DNA of 64,000 bases from Albidovulum sp. (GCA_037046705.1 JBAOHB010000014.1:3754-67753), one strand, 5' to 3'. Shown: positions 46,342-57,200, counted from the first letter of the stretch. Notes: generated from the letters alone by a model not told the origin. Translations and numbers: made by a program.

Positions 46342-46794
46342 ATGACGACCCACGATCCCATTCCCGCTCGCCTGGCTGCGCTGAAGACCGCCACGACGCC
46401 TGAACTGAAGGCGCAGTGGCGTGATCTGTTCGACAGCGAGCCGCCGCCGTTCAACCGACGCTACCTGGAGAGCCGGCTGGCCTATCGCATCCAGGAACTC
46501 GCCTATGGCGGGCTGAAACCCGAGACCGTCCGGCGGCTGGAGCGGCTCGGCGAGGAACTGGACGGCGGCGACCGAAAGAAGAGCCGCGTCCGCGCCGACG
46601 CCATGCCCATCGCCGGCACGCGGCTGATCCGCGAATGGCAGGGTTTCGAGCACGTCGTCACCGTGACCACGGACGGCTTCGAGTGGCAGGGACGGCCCTA
46701 CAGGTCGCTATCGGCCATCGCCCGTGCCATCACTGGCACGCGCTGGAACGGCTGGGTGTTCTTCGGCCTGAAGAACCGGAGGGCGCGGACATGA
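46342..46794 (+). CDS. DUF2924 domain protein
   Basis: LKAQWRDLFDSEPPPFNRRYLESRLAYRIQELAYGGL. Its stop overlaps the recombinase ATG (ATGA). Confidence 0.75.
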   Translation: MTTHDPIPARLAALKTATTPELKAQWRDLFDSEPPPFNRRYLESRLAYRIQELAYGGLKPETVRRLERLGEELDGGDRKKSRVRADAMPIAGTRLIREWQGFEHVVTVTTDGFEWQGRPYRSLSAIARAITGTRWNGWVFFGLKNRRART

Positions 46795-48116
46795 CGAAGG
46801 CGCCGGCAAAATCAGGAATGATCCGGAAACAGCGCTGTGCAATCTACACGCGCAAGTCTTCCGAGGAAGGGTTGGAGCAGGAGTTCAACTCGCTCCACGC
46901 CCAACGCGAGTCATGCGAGGCCTTCATCGCTAGCCAGCGATCCGAGGGATGGGTGCTCGTCCGCGATCAGTATGACGACGGCGGCATCTCGGGCGGGACG
47001 TTGGAACGCCCAGGCCTGCAGCGGCTGCTGGAGGACATCGAGGACGGGCTGGTCGACGTGGTCGTGGTCTACAAGATCGACCGGCTCAGCCGCTCGCTGG
47101 CTGACTTCGCCAAGCTGGTCGAGGTGTTCGACCGGAACGGCGTGACGTTCGTCTCGGTGACGCAGTCCTTCAACACGACCACCTCCATGGGCCGGCTGAC
47201 GCTGAACATCCTGCTGTCCTTCGCCCAGTTCGAGCGCGAAGTGACCGCCGAGCGCATCCGCGACAAGGTCGCAGCCAGCCGGAAGAAGGGGATATGGATG
47301 GGCGGGGTGCCGCCCTACGGATATCGCGTCGAGAACCGCAAGCTGGTTGTGGACGAAGAAACCGCAGAGCATGTCCGCTGGATCTTCGCCCGCTTCCTCG
47401 AGATCGGATCGGGGACGGAACTGTCCCGCGAGGTCGCGAAGCGCGGCATCCGCACGCCCCGCGGCAACCGGATCGACAAGAAGTACCTGTATCGGATGCT
47501 GAACAACCGCGCCTATATTGGCGAGGCGGTCCACAAGGGCGAGAGCTATCCCGGCGAGCACGACGCCATCATCGACCGCGAGACGTGGGACCGGGTGCAT
47601 GCTATCCTGCAGGAGAGCCCGCGCAAGCGGGCGATGCGGACCCGCGCCGAGACGCCCGCGCTGCTGAAGGGGCTGCTGTTCGGACCGGACGGCGCGGCCT
47701 TCTCGCCGACGCACACCCGCAAGGGCGACCGGCTCTACCGCTACTACGTCAGCCAGACGGTGCTGAAGCACGGCGCGGGGGCCTGTCCGGTCGGCCGAGT
47801 CCCCGCCGCCGAGATCGAGGCGGCCGTCATAGACCAGCTCCGCGTCGTGTTTCGCCAGCCGGAGATCGTTGCAGGAACGTGGAAGGCCGCGCGCGCACGC
47901 GCCGACGACATCACCGAGGCAGACGCCCGCGCGGCGCTGCAGCAGCTCGATCCGCTGTGGGACGAACTGTTCCCAGCCGAGCAGGCCCGCATCGTCGCGC
48001 TTCTGGTCGAGCGCGTCGATATCGGCACGAACGGGCTGAACGTCCGGCTCCGGATGGACGGCCTCAGCAGCCTCGCGCGAGAGATGCTGGCTGGCGGCAT
48101 CGAGGCGGCCGCATGA
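46791..48116 (+). CDS. Large serine recombinase (prophage integrase)
   Basis: RCAIYTRKSSEEG (catalytic Ser), VVVYKIDRLSRS, and a recombinase domain GGVPPYGYRV. Confidence 0.9.
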   Translation: MTKAPAKSGMIRKQRCAIYTRKSSEEGLEQEFNSLHAQRESCEAFIASQRSEGWVLVRDQYDDGGISGGTLERPGLQRLLEDIEDGLVDVVVVYKIDRLSRSLADFAKLVEVFDRNGVTFVSVTQSFNTTTSMGRLTLNILLSFAQFEREVTAERIRDKVAASRKKGIWMGGVPPYGYRVENRKLVVDEETAEHVRWIFARFLEIGSGTELSREVAKRGIRTPRGNRIDKKYLYRMLNNRAYIGEAVHKGESYPGEHDAIIDRETWDRVHAILQESPRKRAMRTRAETPALLKGLLFGPDGAAFSPTHTRKGDRLYRYYVSQTVLKHGAGACPVGRVPAAEIEAAVIDQLRVVFRQPEIVAGTWKAARARADDITEADARAALQQLDPLWDELFPAEQARIVALLVERVDIGTNGLNVRLRMDGLSSLAREMLAGGIEAAA

Positions 48117-48500
48117 ACCGTGGAGCGACGATCCCCGAGACGGTGACGCTCCACGTGCCCTTCCGCGTCGTGAAGCGCGGCGGGCGGAAGGAGATGCAGT
48201 TGCCGGAGGGCGCCACGCACTCACGGCGCGCGGACAGCACGCTCGTCAAGGCGCTGGCCCGCGCTTTCCGGTGGAAACGGATGCTGGAGTTCGGGCGAGT
48301 TCGCCACCGTCGCCGAACTGGCCGAGCGCGAGGGCATCGCGGCCTCCTACATGACCCGTGTCCTGCGCCTGACGCTGCTCGCGCCCGACATCGTCGAAGC
48401 GGTCCTCGACGGGAGGCAGGGACCGGAGGTGACGCTCACGCAGGTGCTGGAGCCGTTCCCGCTCACGTGGCAGCACCAAGCCCAGCATTTTACTCTGTAG
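48113..48500 (+). CDS. Conserved partner of the DUF2924/serine-recombinase cassette, frame break near 48290
   Basis: MNRGATIPETVTLHVPFRVVKRGGRKEM..ALARAFRWKRMLE, then in the next frame GEFATVAELAEREGIAASYMTRVLRLTLLAPDIVEAVLDG. ATGA overlap with the recombinase stop. Confidence 0.55.
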
Positions 48501-48582
48501 AGCCAAAACTGCATCTGGGAGGATTGACTCACGAGGCGAGCTCACTTATATCTCTGTAAATCACCGTACAGAGGTTTCTTTC

Positions 48583-49173
48583 ATGCGGCTCGCGGAGCTC
48601 TCGGACATTCACTCCGGCTACACGGCACGCGGCAGGCTCGATCCGCTGTCGGAGGGTGGCGTGCCGGCGCTTCAGCTGCGTGACGTCGGAACGAACGGCG
48701 AAGCGCCAGGACCGGACTTCCAGAGGTACGACCTGGACAAGCTGTCCGACCGATACTTCGTCCGCGGTGGCGAGGTCGTCTTTCGATCGCGTGGCGAGCC
48801 GAACGCCGCGGCGGCCATTCCCGCTTCGCTGCCGGAGCCCGTCGTGGTCATCGTTCCGCTGGTGATCGTTCGCCCTGACAGGGCCCGCGTTCTCCCAGAA
48901 TACCTCGCTTGGGCCATCAACCAGCCCGACGCGCAGCGCAGGCTCGGCGCGGAAGCGCAGGGCACAAGCCTCAGGATGATCCCGATGGCGGTCCTCGAGA
49001 ACCTCGAGATTGCCGTGCCTGACCTGCCCACGCAGAAACGTATCGTTGAACTCGATGCCCTCGCCCGGCAGGAGGGGCAATTGCTACGTCAACTCGCCGC
49101 TCGCCGAGAAGAACTCGTAAGCGCCATTCTCGGCGAGGCCGCAAAGGGCGCCGACCAGAAGGAAATTGCCTGA
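48583..49173 (+). CDS. hsdS: Half-size type I R-M specificity subunit (single target-recognition domain)
   Basis: 196 aa, one TRD plus one conserved helix (LPTQKRIVELDALARQEGQLLRQL). Its stop overlaps the hsdM ATG. Confidence 0.7.
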   Translation: MRLAELSDIHSGYTARGRLDPLSEGGVPALQLRDVGTNGEAPGPDFQRYDLDKLSDRYFVRGGEVVFRSRGEPNAAAAIPASLPEPVVVIVPLVIVRPDRARVLPEYLAWAINQPDAQRRLGAEAQGTSLRMIPMAVLENLEIAVPDLPTQKRIVELDALARQEGQLLRQLAARREELVSAILGEAAKGADQKEIA

Positions 49174-50690
49174 TGACCGATCAGATTACCCAACAGCAGA
49201 TCAACCAGACCGCCTGGGCGGCCTGCGACACCTTCCGGGGCGCCGTCGATGCCGGCCAGTACAAGGACTACATCCTCGTGATGTTGTTTCTGAAGTACAT
49301 ATCGGACCTCTGGAACGACCACCTCGAAACCTACCGCAAGCAGTACGGCGGCGACGAGGCCCGCATTCGTCGACGCCTCGAACGCGAGCGGTTCATTCTG
49401 CCCGAGGGCGCCAGCTTCTACGACCTGTATGCCAAGAGGAACGAGCCCAACATCGGCGAACTGATCAACGTCGCTCTGGAGGCTATCCAAGACTCGAACC
49501 TCGCGAAGTTGGATGGCGTATTCCGCAACATCGACTTCAACTCCGAGGCCAACCTCGGCCGCCCGAAGGATCGCAACCGCCGCCTCAAGAACCTCCTCGA
49601 GGACTTCGCCAAGCCTGCCCTCGACCTGCGCCCGTCGCGGGTGACCGAGGACATCATCGGCGAGTGCTACATCTACCTAATCTCGCGCTTCGCTTCGGAC
49701 GCCGGGAAAAAGGCGGGCGAGTTCTACACGCCCACGGCCGTGTCGCGCTTGCTGGCCAAGCTGGCCGCGCCGCAGCCCGGCAACACGATCTGCGACCCTG
49801 CCTGCGGCTCCGGCTCGCTGCTGATCCAGGCCTCGCAGGAGGTCGGGTCCGAGAACTTCGCCCTCTACGGGCAGGAGGTAAACGGGGCAACCTGGGCGCT
49901 GGCCCGGATGAACATGTTCCTGCACGCCAAGGACGCCGCCCGCATCGAGTGGTGCGACACGCTCAACAGCCCGGCGCTGGTTGAGGGCGACCACCTCATG
50001 CGCTTCGACGTGGTGCTGGCCAATCCACCGTTCTCGCTCGACAAGTGGGGCGCGGAGGACGCCGACAGCGACCAGTACAAGCGCTTCTGGCGCGGCGTGC
50101 CGCCCAAATCCAAGGGCGACTACGCCTTCATTACCCACATGATCGAGATCGCCAAGCGGCAGTCCGGCCGCGTTGCCGTGATCGTGCCGCATGGCGTGCT
50201 GTTCCGGGGCGGCGCCGAGGGGCGCATCCGCCAGCAGCTGATCGAGGAAAACCTGCTCGATGCCGTCGTCGGCCTGCCCGCCAACCTGTTCACCACCACG
50301 GGGATCCCGGTCGCCATCCTGATCTTCGACCGCTCGCGCGAGGAAGGCGGCGCGAACGCGGACCGGCGCGACGTGCTGTTCATCGACGCCAGCAAGGAGT
50401 TCACGCCGGGCAAGACCCAGAACGTGATGGACGAGACGCATGTGGCCAGGGTGCTGGAGACCTTCGGCACCCGCGCCGAGGTCGAGCGGTACTCGCATCG
50501 GGCCAGCCCCGAAGAGATCGCCGAGAACGGCTACAACCTCAACATCCCCCGCTACGTCGACACGTTCGAGCCGGAGGAGGAGATCGACGTCGCCGCCGTG
50601 CAGAAGGACATCGTGCGGATCGAGGCGGAGCTTGCCGACGTCCGGGCGAAGATGGCCGGGTATCTGAAGGAACTGGGTGTCGATGTCTGA
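49173..50690 (+). CDS. hsdM: Type I R-M N6-adenine DNA methyltransferase subunit
   Basis: N-terminal HsdM domain (YKDYILVMLFLKYISD), DPACGSGSLL (motif I) and LANPPFS (motif IV). Confidence 0.9.
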   Translation: MTDQITQQQINQTAWAACDTFRGAVDAGQYKDYILVMLFLKYISDLWNDHLETYRKQYGGDEARIRRRLERERFILPEGASFYDLYAKRNEPNIGELINVALEAIQDSNLAKLDGVFRNIDFNSEANLGRPKDRNRRLKNLLEDFAKPALDLRPSRVTEDIIGECYIYLISRFASDAGKKAGEFYTPTAVSRLLAKLAAPQPGNTICDPACGSGSLLIQASQEVGSENFALYGQEVNGATWALARMNMFLHAKDAARIEWCDTLNSPALVEGDHLMRFDVVLANPPFSLDKWGAEDADSDQYKRFWRGVPPKSKGDYAFITHMIEIAKRQSGRVAVIVPHGVLFRGGAEGRIRQQLIEENLLDAVVGLPANLFTTTGIPVAILIFDRSREEGGANADRRDVLFIDASKEFTPGKTQNVMDETHVARVLETFGTRAEVERYSHRASPEEIAENGYNLNIPRYVDTFEPEEEIDVAAVQKDIVRIEAELADVRAKMAGYLKELGVDV

Positions 50691-51710
50691 TGGCGAAATC
50701 ATCCTCTACAGCACCGAGGACGGACAGGCCGAGATTCAGCTCCGGGCCGTCAACGGGACCGTCTGGCTGACGCAAGCGCAGATGGCCGACCTGTTCGACA
50801 CGACGAAGCAGAATATCAGCTTGCACCTTAACAACATCATCTCGGACGGGGAGCTTGCGCCGGAGTCAGTTGTCAAGGAATCCTTGATACCTGCTGCGGA
50901 CGGGAAGGCATACCGGACGAAGACCTACAACCTGGATGCGATCCTTGCGGTCGGGTACCGCGTGCGAAGCCCTCGCGGCGTGCAGTTCCGCCGCTGGGCC
51001 ACCACCACGCTGAAGGAGTATCTCGTCAAGGGCTTCGTCATGAACGACGAGCGCCTGAAGGATCCCGCCTGGGACTACTTCGACGAACTGCTGGAGCGCA
51101 TCCGCGACATCCGGGCGTCCGAGGCGCGGTTCTATCAGAAGGTCCGCGACATCCTCGCCCTGAGCGAGGATTACGACGCCAAGTCGCCGACCGTGAACAC
51201 CTTCTATGCAACGATCCAGAACAAGATGCTCTACGCGGTCACCAGCCACACGGCCGGCGAACTGATCCGCGCCCGGGCCAATCCAGATCAGCCGAACATG
51301 GGGCTGACGACGTGGAAGAACGCCGACAGGGGGCGCCCGCTGCGCAAGTCCGACGTCGGCACGGCCAAGAACTATCTTGGTGAAGCCGAGATCCGGGACT
51401 CAACCTGATCGTCGAGACCTTCCTGAACACCGCCGAGCTGCGGGCCACGCGACGGCAGACCATGCGGCTGGCCGAGTGGGAGGGGGTGCTCGACACCTTC
51501 CTGACCTCGAACGAACTGCCGAAGCTGCAGGGCGCCGGTTCGATCTCGGCAGATGCAGCGAAGCGCATCGCCCACGATCGCTATGACGCGTTCGACGCCA
51601 AGCGGAAGGACGCCGCGCGGCAGGCTGCGGCCGAGGTGGACGACTTCGAGGAGCTAAAACGCATCGCCGATGCCGCGAAGGCCGGGAAAAAGGGGCGTGG
51701 CGATGCGTGA
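50683..51710 (+). CDS. rhuM: RhuM-family protein, frame break near 51398
   Basis: MSDGEIILYSTEDGQAEIQLRAVNGTVWLTQAQMADLFDTTKQNISLHLNNI. It continues as LNLIVETFLNTAELRATRRQTMRLAEWEGVLDTFL in the next frame. Confidence 0.75.
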
Positions 51711-52911
51711 TGGGTGGAGTAACAGGTGTCTGGGTGACTTAGGCGAGTGTAAAATCGGCCTAACCTATTCACCCGATGATGTGGTCGAGTCCGGAGGAAC
51801 ATTGGTTCTTCGCTCGTCAAACATCAGGGATGGGCGACTTGCCTACGACGACAACGTTTATGTCTCTTGCAAAGTGCCGAACGGCGCAATCGTTCGCGAG
51901 GGGGATATTCTCATCTGTGTCAGAAACGGCAGCAGGGCCCTGATCGGCAAGGCTGCGCGGATTGACGCACAAGCTGACGGGAGTGCCTTCGGAGCATTCA
52001 TGGCCGTCTTTCGCAGCCAAATGAACGACTACGTCTTTCAACTTCTCAATACTGAGCAGTTCGTGAGACAAGTTCATCGCTCGCTCGGCGCGACGATAAA
52101 CCAGATCACCAATGCGGATCTGAAATCATATCGGTTCCTATTCCCGCCAGTTCCCGAACAGCGTCGGATCTCAGAGCTGCTCCGAACATGGGATACAGCG
52201 CTGGATAGGCTTTGCGCACTCCGCGCGGCGAAGGAACAACGCCTCGTAGGCCTTCGTGCAGCCCTCTTGTTCGGAGAGCTCCGCCTGAACGGCCAGCGGC
52301 GCAACTGGGCGCCGACGCGCCTCGGCGCTGTGACTCACGAACTTACCAAACGGAACGGGGCCAAGGGGCTTGGGCGCGACTTCGTCATGGGCGTCACGAA
52401 GGCCGAAGGCGTCGTCCCCATGCGGGAACAGACAATCGCTGGCGACATCAGCCGCTACAAGCGCCTGCCGCCGCGCGCCTTCGCCTACAACCCGATGCGC
52501 ATCAACGTCGGCTCCATCGCCATGAACGAGCGCGAAGACGCGGTTCTGGTCAGCCCCGACTACGTGGTTTTCGCTTGTAACGCGGACGGACTCGACCCCG
52601 ACTATCTCGACCACCTGCGCAAGACGTCTTGGTGGGCCCACTACATCAACAGCGGCGGCTCGGGCAGCGTGCGGCAGCGGACCTACTACGATGACCTCGC
52701 CGCGCTGAAACTGCCCCTGCCAGAACTCGACGAGCAAAAGGCCATCGCCGCCGTCCTGAACACCGCGCGCGCCGACCTGGCCGCGACAGAGCGCGAGATC
52801 GAAGCCGTCACGCTGCAAAAGCGCGGCCTGATGCAGAAGCTCCTGACGGGCGAATGGCGCGTGCCGCTCGACCCCTCCGCAGCCACCGAGGAGACCGAAC
52901 ATGCCGGATAA
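51703..52911 (+). CDS. hsdS: Full-length type I R-M specificity subunit (two TRDs)
   Basis: MRDGWSNRCLGDL. Central and C-terminal conserved helices (PPVPEQRRISELL; LPELDEQKAIAAVL..QKLLTGEWR). Confidence 0.85.
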   Translation: MRDGWSNRCLGDLGECKIGLTYSPDDVVESGGTLVLRSSNIRDGRLAYDDNVYVSCKVPNGAIVREGDILICVRNGSRALIGKAARIDAQADGSAFGAFMAVFRSQMNDYVFQLLNTEQFVRQVHRSLGATINQITNADLKSYRFLFPPVPEQRRISELLRTWDTALDRLCALRAAKEQRLVGLRAALLFGELRLNGQRRNWAPTRLGAVTHELTKRNGAKGLGRDFVMGVTKAEGVVPMREQTIAGDISRYKRLPPRAFAYNPMRINVGSIAMNEREDAVLVSPDYVVFACNADGLDPDYLDHLRKTSWWAHYINSGGSGSVRQRTYYDDLAALKLPLPELDEQKAIAAVLNTARADLAATEREIEAVTLQKRGLMQKLLTGEWRVPLDPSAATEETEHAG

Positions 52912-53131
52912 GAAGAACTACTGGACCCAGCAGCGCCCGGACGGGAAGTGGGAGTCCAAGCGCGAAGGCGCGACGCGCGCCAGCAAGGTCACGGACACCC
53001 AGTCCGACGCCTGGGCGCATTCGCGCGGGAAGGCCGCCGAAACCAAAGGGGAAGCTTTCCTGAAGGGCCGCGACGGCAAGATCCGTGAGCGGAACACCTA
53101 TGGAAAAGACCCCTATCCGCCGAAAGGGTGA
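52901..53131 (+). CDS. DUF2188 domain protein
   Basis: 76 aa with RDGKIRERNTYGKDPYPPKG at the C-terminus. Overlaps the hsdS stop by 11 nt. Confidence 0.6.
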   Translation: MPDKKNYWTQQRPDGKWESKREGATRASKVTDTQSDAWAHSRGKAAETKGEAFLKGRDGKIRERNTYGKDPYPPKG

Positions 53132-53134
53132 CGC

Positions 53135-54205
53135 ATGGCAGACCTCCTGACATTCGATGAAGCCATTGAGCATTCAGCGCAATTCAAGAAGCGGCACTTG
53201 TTGCTTGGCAACGGTTTCAGCATTGCCTGTCGTCCGAAGATCTTCACATACGGCTCGCTGTTTGAGCAGGCGGATTTTTCATCGGCGCCCCGCCTGCCTG
53301 CGGTATTTGACGCAGTCGGAACGACGGACTTCGAGCATGTCATCAAGATGCTGGAGGACGCTTCGCGTGTTGTCCCCGTCTATTCAAAGGAGGCAACGGA
53401 GGCGGCCGCTCAAATGGCCGCGGATGCCGAAGCCCTGAAAGATATCCTCATTCAGACGGTGGCCAACAATCATCCTAATATTCCGAATGAGATCAACGAC
53501 GAGCAGTTCTGGGCGTGCCGACGGTTTCTGGCTCACTTCCTTGGGGATGGGAACAAAGACGGAAAGGTTTACACCCTAAACTATGACCTCTTGCTCTACT
53601 GGACCTTGATGCACGAGGACATGGGTTTCGACGATCCCATCAGCCTTGCTGCCAACGATGGCTTTGGCCGCGACGAGGACACGGAGCCGGAATATGTGAA
53701 CTGGATGGGCGAGAGCGGCGCGCACGGACAGCGCGTTCATTACCTCCACGGCGCTTTGCACCTGTTCGATGCTGGTGCGGAGCTCCAGAAATACACCTGG
53801 GTCAACACTGGGAAACCCCTGCTTGAGCAAGCTCGCGAAGCCATGGGAGCGCGCAAGTTCCCGCTTTTCGTAGCCGAAGGCAAAAGCAATCAGAAGCTGG
53901 CCAAGATCAAGCACAGCGCCTACTTGCACCATTCATACAAGAGCTTCTCCTCGCAAATGGGTCAGAGGAATGATGCGCTCTTCATATTTGGGCATAGCCT
54001 GGCCGAGAACGACCAGCACATTCTGAAGAAGATTGCTCGCGGCAAGATCGGGCAGATCTACGTCGGTCTCTATGGCGATCCCAATAGTGATGGCAACAAG
54101 GCGATCAGGTCGGCTGCGAACGCCCTTGGGGCTCACCGTGATGAACGTGTCCCGCTGTCTGTTGCGTTCTTCGATGCCGGATCCGCCCAGGTGTGGGGGG
54201 CGTGA
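53135..54205 (+). CDS. DUF4917-like protein (possible SIR2-like Rossmann N-terminus)
   Basis: 356 aa with RHLLLGNGFSIA near the N-terminus. Lower GC than its neighbours. Its stop overlaps the hsdR ATG. Confidence 0.55.
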   Translation: MADLLTFDEAIEHSAQFKKRHLLLGNGFSIACRPKIFTYGSLFEQADFSSAPRLPAVFDAVGTTDFEHVIKMLEDASRVVPVYSKEATEAAAQMAADAEALKDILIQTVANNHPNIPNEINDEQFWACRRFLAHFLGDGNKDGKVYTLNYDLLLYWTLMHEDMGFDDPISLAANDGFGRDEDTEPEYVNWMGESGAHGQRVHYLHGALHLFDAGAELQKYTWVNTGKPLLEQAREAMGARKFPLFVAEGKSNQKLAKIKHSAYLHHSYKSFSSQMGQRNDALFIFGHSLAENDQHILKKIARGKIGQIYVGLYGDPNSDGNKAIRSAANALGAHRDERVPLSVAFFDAGSAQVWGA

Positions 54206-57200
54206 TGGATCGAGGCCATGGGTTCGATACCCGCGAAAAACACCAGTCCCAGGTTCCGGCGCTGCAGCTGCTCGTGGCGCTCGGGTTCACCCCGCTCTCG
54301 CAAGAGGAAGCGCTGCGCCTCCGCGGCGGGCGCCTCCGGAACGTGGTGCTGGACGATGTGCTCGCCGAACAGCTCATGCGCATCAACCGCTTCACGCATA
54401 GGGGCCGTGAGTACGGTTCGACCTCGAGGACGCGCACGAGGCGATGCGGCGGCTCAAGCCCACGCCAGATCGGCTGAAGGGTCTGCGCGGCACGAACCAG
54501 GACATATACGACACGCTCGTCCTCGGCACGACGATTACGAAGTCCATCGACGGCGACTCGAAGAGCTACTCGTTCCGCTACATCGATTGGGACCGACCGG
54601 AGAACAACGTCTTCCATGTCAGTGCCGAGTTCTCGGTCGAGAGGACCGCGTCGAGCCAGACCAAGCGCTGCGACATCGTCGCGTTCGTGAACGGCATCCC
54701 GATCATGGTGATCGAGAACAAGCGGCCGACAGAGAGCCTGAAGAAGGCGGACAGCCAGCTGATCGGCTACCAGAACGAGGACAACATCCCGCAGCTCTTC
54801 CACTTCGCTCAGCTGCTGATCGGCATGAACCGGAACGAGGCGCGCTACGCTACTGTCGGGACGCCGCGGAAGTTCTGGCAGACCTGGCGCGACGAGGAAG
54901 ACACTGACGAGGCCATCGCGCCCTTTGCGAACCGCGTTCTCACCGGGGCGGAGAAGGACGCCATATTCTCCGGCGACTTCGCAGGCGCACGTGCATACTT
55001 CGACGCGATGGCCGCCGAAGGCGAGCGCGCGGTCACGGTTCAGGACCGGACAGTCTACGCGCTATGCCGCCCCGAGCGGCTTCTCGATCTCATCCGTCGC
55101 TTCACGGTGTTCGATGGCGGTGTCCGCAAGGTCGCGCGCCATCAGCAGTTCTTCGGGATCCGGCGCGCCGTCGAGACGGTCAAGCAGCATGATATCAGCG
55201 GCGCCCGAAAGGGCGGCGTGATCTGGCACACGCAGGGTTCAGGCAAGTCGCTGACCATGGTGATGCTGGGGCGCTCGCTTGCCTTGGAACGCAGCATCGA
55301 GAACCCGCGGATCATCATCGTCACGGACCGCGACGATCTCGACAAGCAGATCAAGGACACCTTCAAGTCCTGCGACCTCGAGCCGGTCCGCGCGACGAGT
55401 GGGGCGCATCTTCTGGAGCTCGTCCACAACAAGGCTCCGCTGGTCACCACAATCATCAACAAGTTCGACACGGCGCTGAAGAACAGCAAGCTGGCGGACG
55501 AGGATCCGAACATCTTCGTACTAGTCGACGAGAGCCACAGGACGCAGACGGGGCGCTACGGCGGCCACAGCCAGTTCGCCGCCAAGATGCGGCGCCTTCT
55601 GCCCAAGGCCTGCTACCTTGGCTTCACCGGCACGCCCCTGCTGAAGAAGGAGAAGAACACGCTGTCGACCTTCGGGCGGCTGATCCACCGCTACGCCATC
55701 GACGAGGCGGTCGCCGACGGTGCCGTCGTTCCGCTGCTGTACGAAGGACGGCTTGTCGAGCAGCAGGTCTCGGGCGCAGTCATCGACCGCTGGTTCGACA
55801 AGATCAGTGAGGGCTTGACTGACAGCCAGAAGGCCGACCTCAAGCGCAAGTTCTCCCGGATGGACGCGCTGTCGAAGACCGACCAGGCCATCCGAGCCAA
55901 GGCGTTCGACATCTCCGAGCACTATCGCCAGCACTGGCAGGGGACTGGCTTCAAGGCGCAGCTCGTTGCTCCTTCGAAGGCGGCGGCGGTCCGCTTCAAG
56001 GAGGTTCTCGACGAGATCGGCCACATCTCGAGCGCGATCGTCATCTCCCCGCCGGACGAGAACGAGGGCAACGAGGAGGTAGACCAGGAGTCCAAGGACC
56101 TCGTGCGCCGCTTCTGGTCGCAGATGATGGCGCGGTACAAGACCGAAGAGGAGTACAACCGCCAGATCATCGATGCCTTCAAGGGCTCCGGCGATCCGGA
56201 GATCCTGATCGTCGTTTCCAAGCTCCTCACCGGCTTCGACGCCCCCCGGAACACGGTGCTCTACGTCTGCAAGTCCCTGAAGGAACACAACCTTCTCCAG
56301 GCGATTGCGCGCGTGAACCGTCTTTACGAGGATGGCGGCTCGGAGAAGCAGTTCGGTTTCATCGTCGATTACGAGGGGCTGCTGGGCGAGTTGGACAGCG
56401 CCCTGACGACGTACAGCGCCTTTGAGGGTTACGAGGCGGCCGACCTCGCAGGGACGGTCCATGACGTCCGCGAGGAGATCCGCAAGTTGCCCCAGCTGCA
56501 CGACCAGCTCTGGGACCTCTTCAAGCCTGTGCGGAACAAGAAGGACATGGAGCAGTTCGAGCAGCATCTCGCTGACGAGGCTTTGCGCCATGAGTTCTAC
56601 GCACGCCTCAAGGCATTCAGCCGGTGCCTGCACATCTCGCTCTCATCCGACAAGCTTTTCGATGTCTTCGACGAGGCCAAGGTCGATGCCCTGAAGCGCG
56701 ACTGGAAGCAGTTCTCCGAACTCAAGCGCTCGGTCCAGCTTCGCTATCAGGAGACGGTGGATGTCGGAGAGTTCGAGCCGAAGATCCAGAAGCTGCTCGA
56801 TGACCACGTTGTGGCGATGCCGGCGGAGACCATCATCGAGGTGGTCAACATCAACGATCCCGATGCGTTGAAGGCTGTCGTCGAGGAGACTGGGGTCTCC
56901 GAGGCCTCGAGGGCCGACCGCATCGCCAGCGCGACCCGCCGGGCAATCACCGAGAAGATGGATGAGGACCCGACGTTCTACAAACAGTTCTCAGAACTGC
57001 TCGAAGAGAGCATCCGTGCCTACCGCGAGAAACGGCTGTCCGAGCGCGAGTACCTGAACAGCGTCGTGGACCTCGCGAGCAAGGTGGCCCGCAAGGATCG
57101 GGGACGGGATGTTCCGGAAAGCATCCGAGGCGACGAGGATGCACAGGCGTTTTTCGGGATCCTGGACGGTCGGCTCAGGACCAAGGGAGACACGCTGGTT

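Larger units (their letters stand above)
6772..48500 (-). mobile_element. Siphovirus-type prophage (lambda-like head, RcGTA-like tail, serine recombinase), left end truncated
   Basis: Contiguous, translationally coupled structural, lysis, replication, immunity and recombinase genes listed below. The tail host-specificity gene is cut at ~6772. Confidence 0.8.

Noticed and set aside
46073-46345. 90-aa ORF upstream of the DUF2924 gene (contains MTPAERRAELCGLLALGLVRL)
   Set aside because: It may be a short conserved leader ORF of the recombinase cassette. I could not support a start, an RBS or a family assignment from the sequence alone.
48583-52911. Phase-variable hsdS shufflon driven by the neighbouring recombinase
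   Set aside because: The two hsdS genes are in the same orientation and I saw no extended identical repeats between them. The recombinase belongs to the prophage integration cassette.
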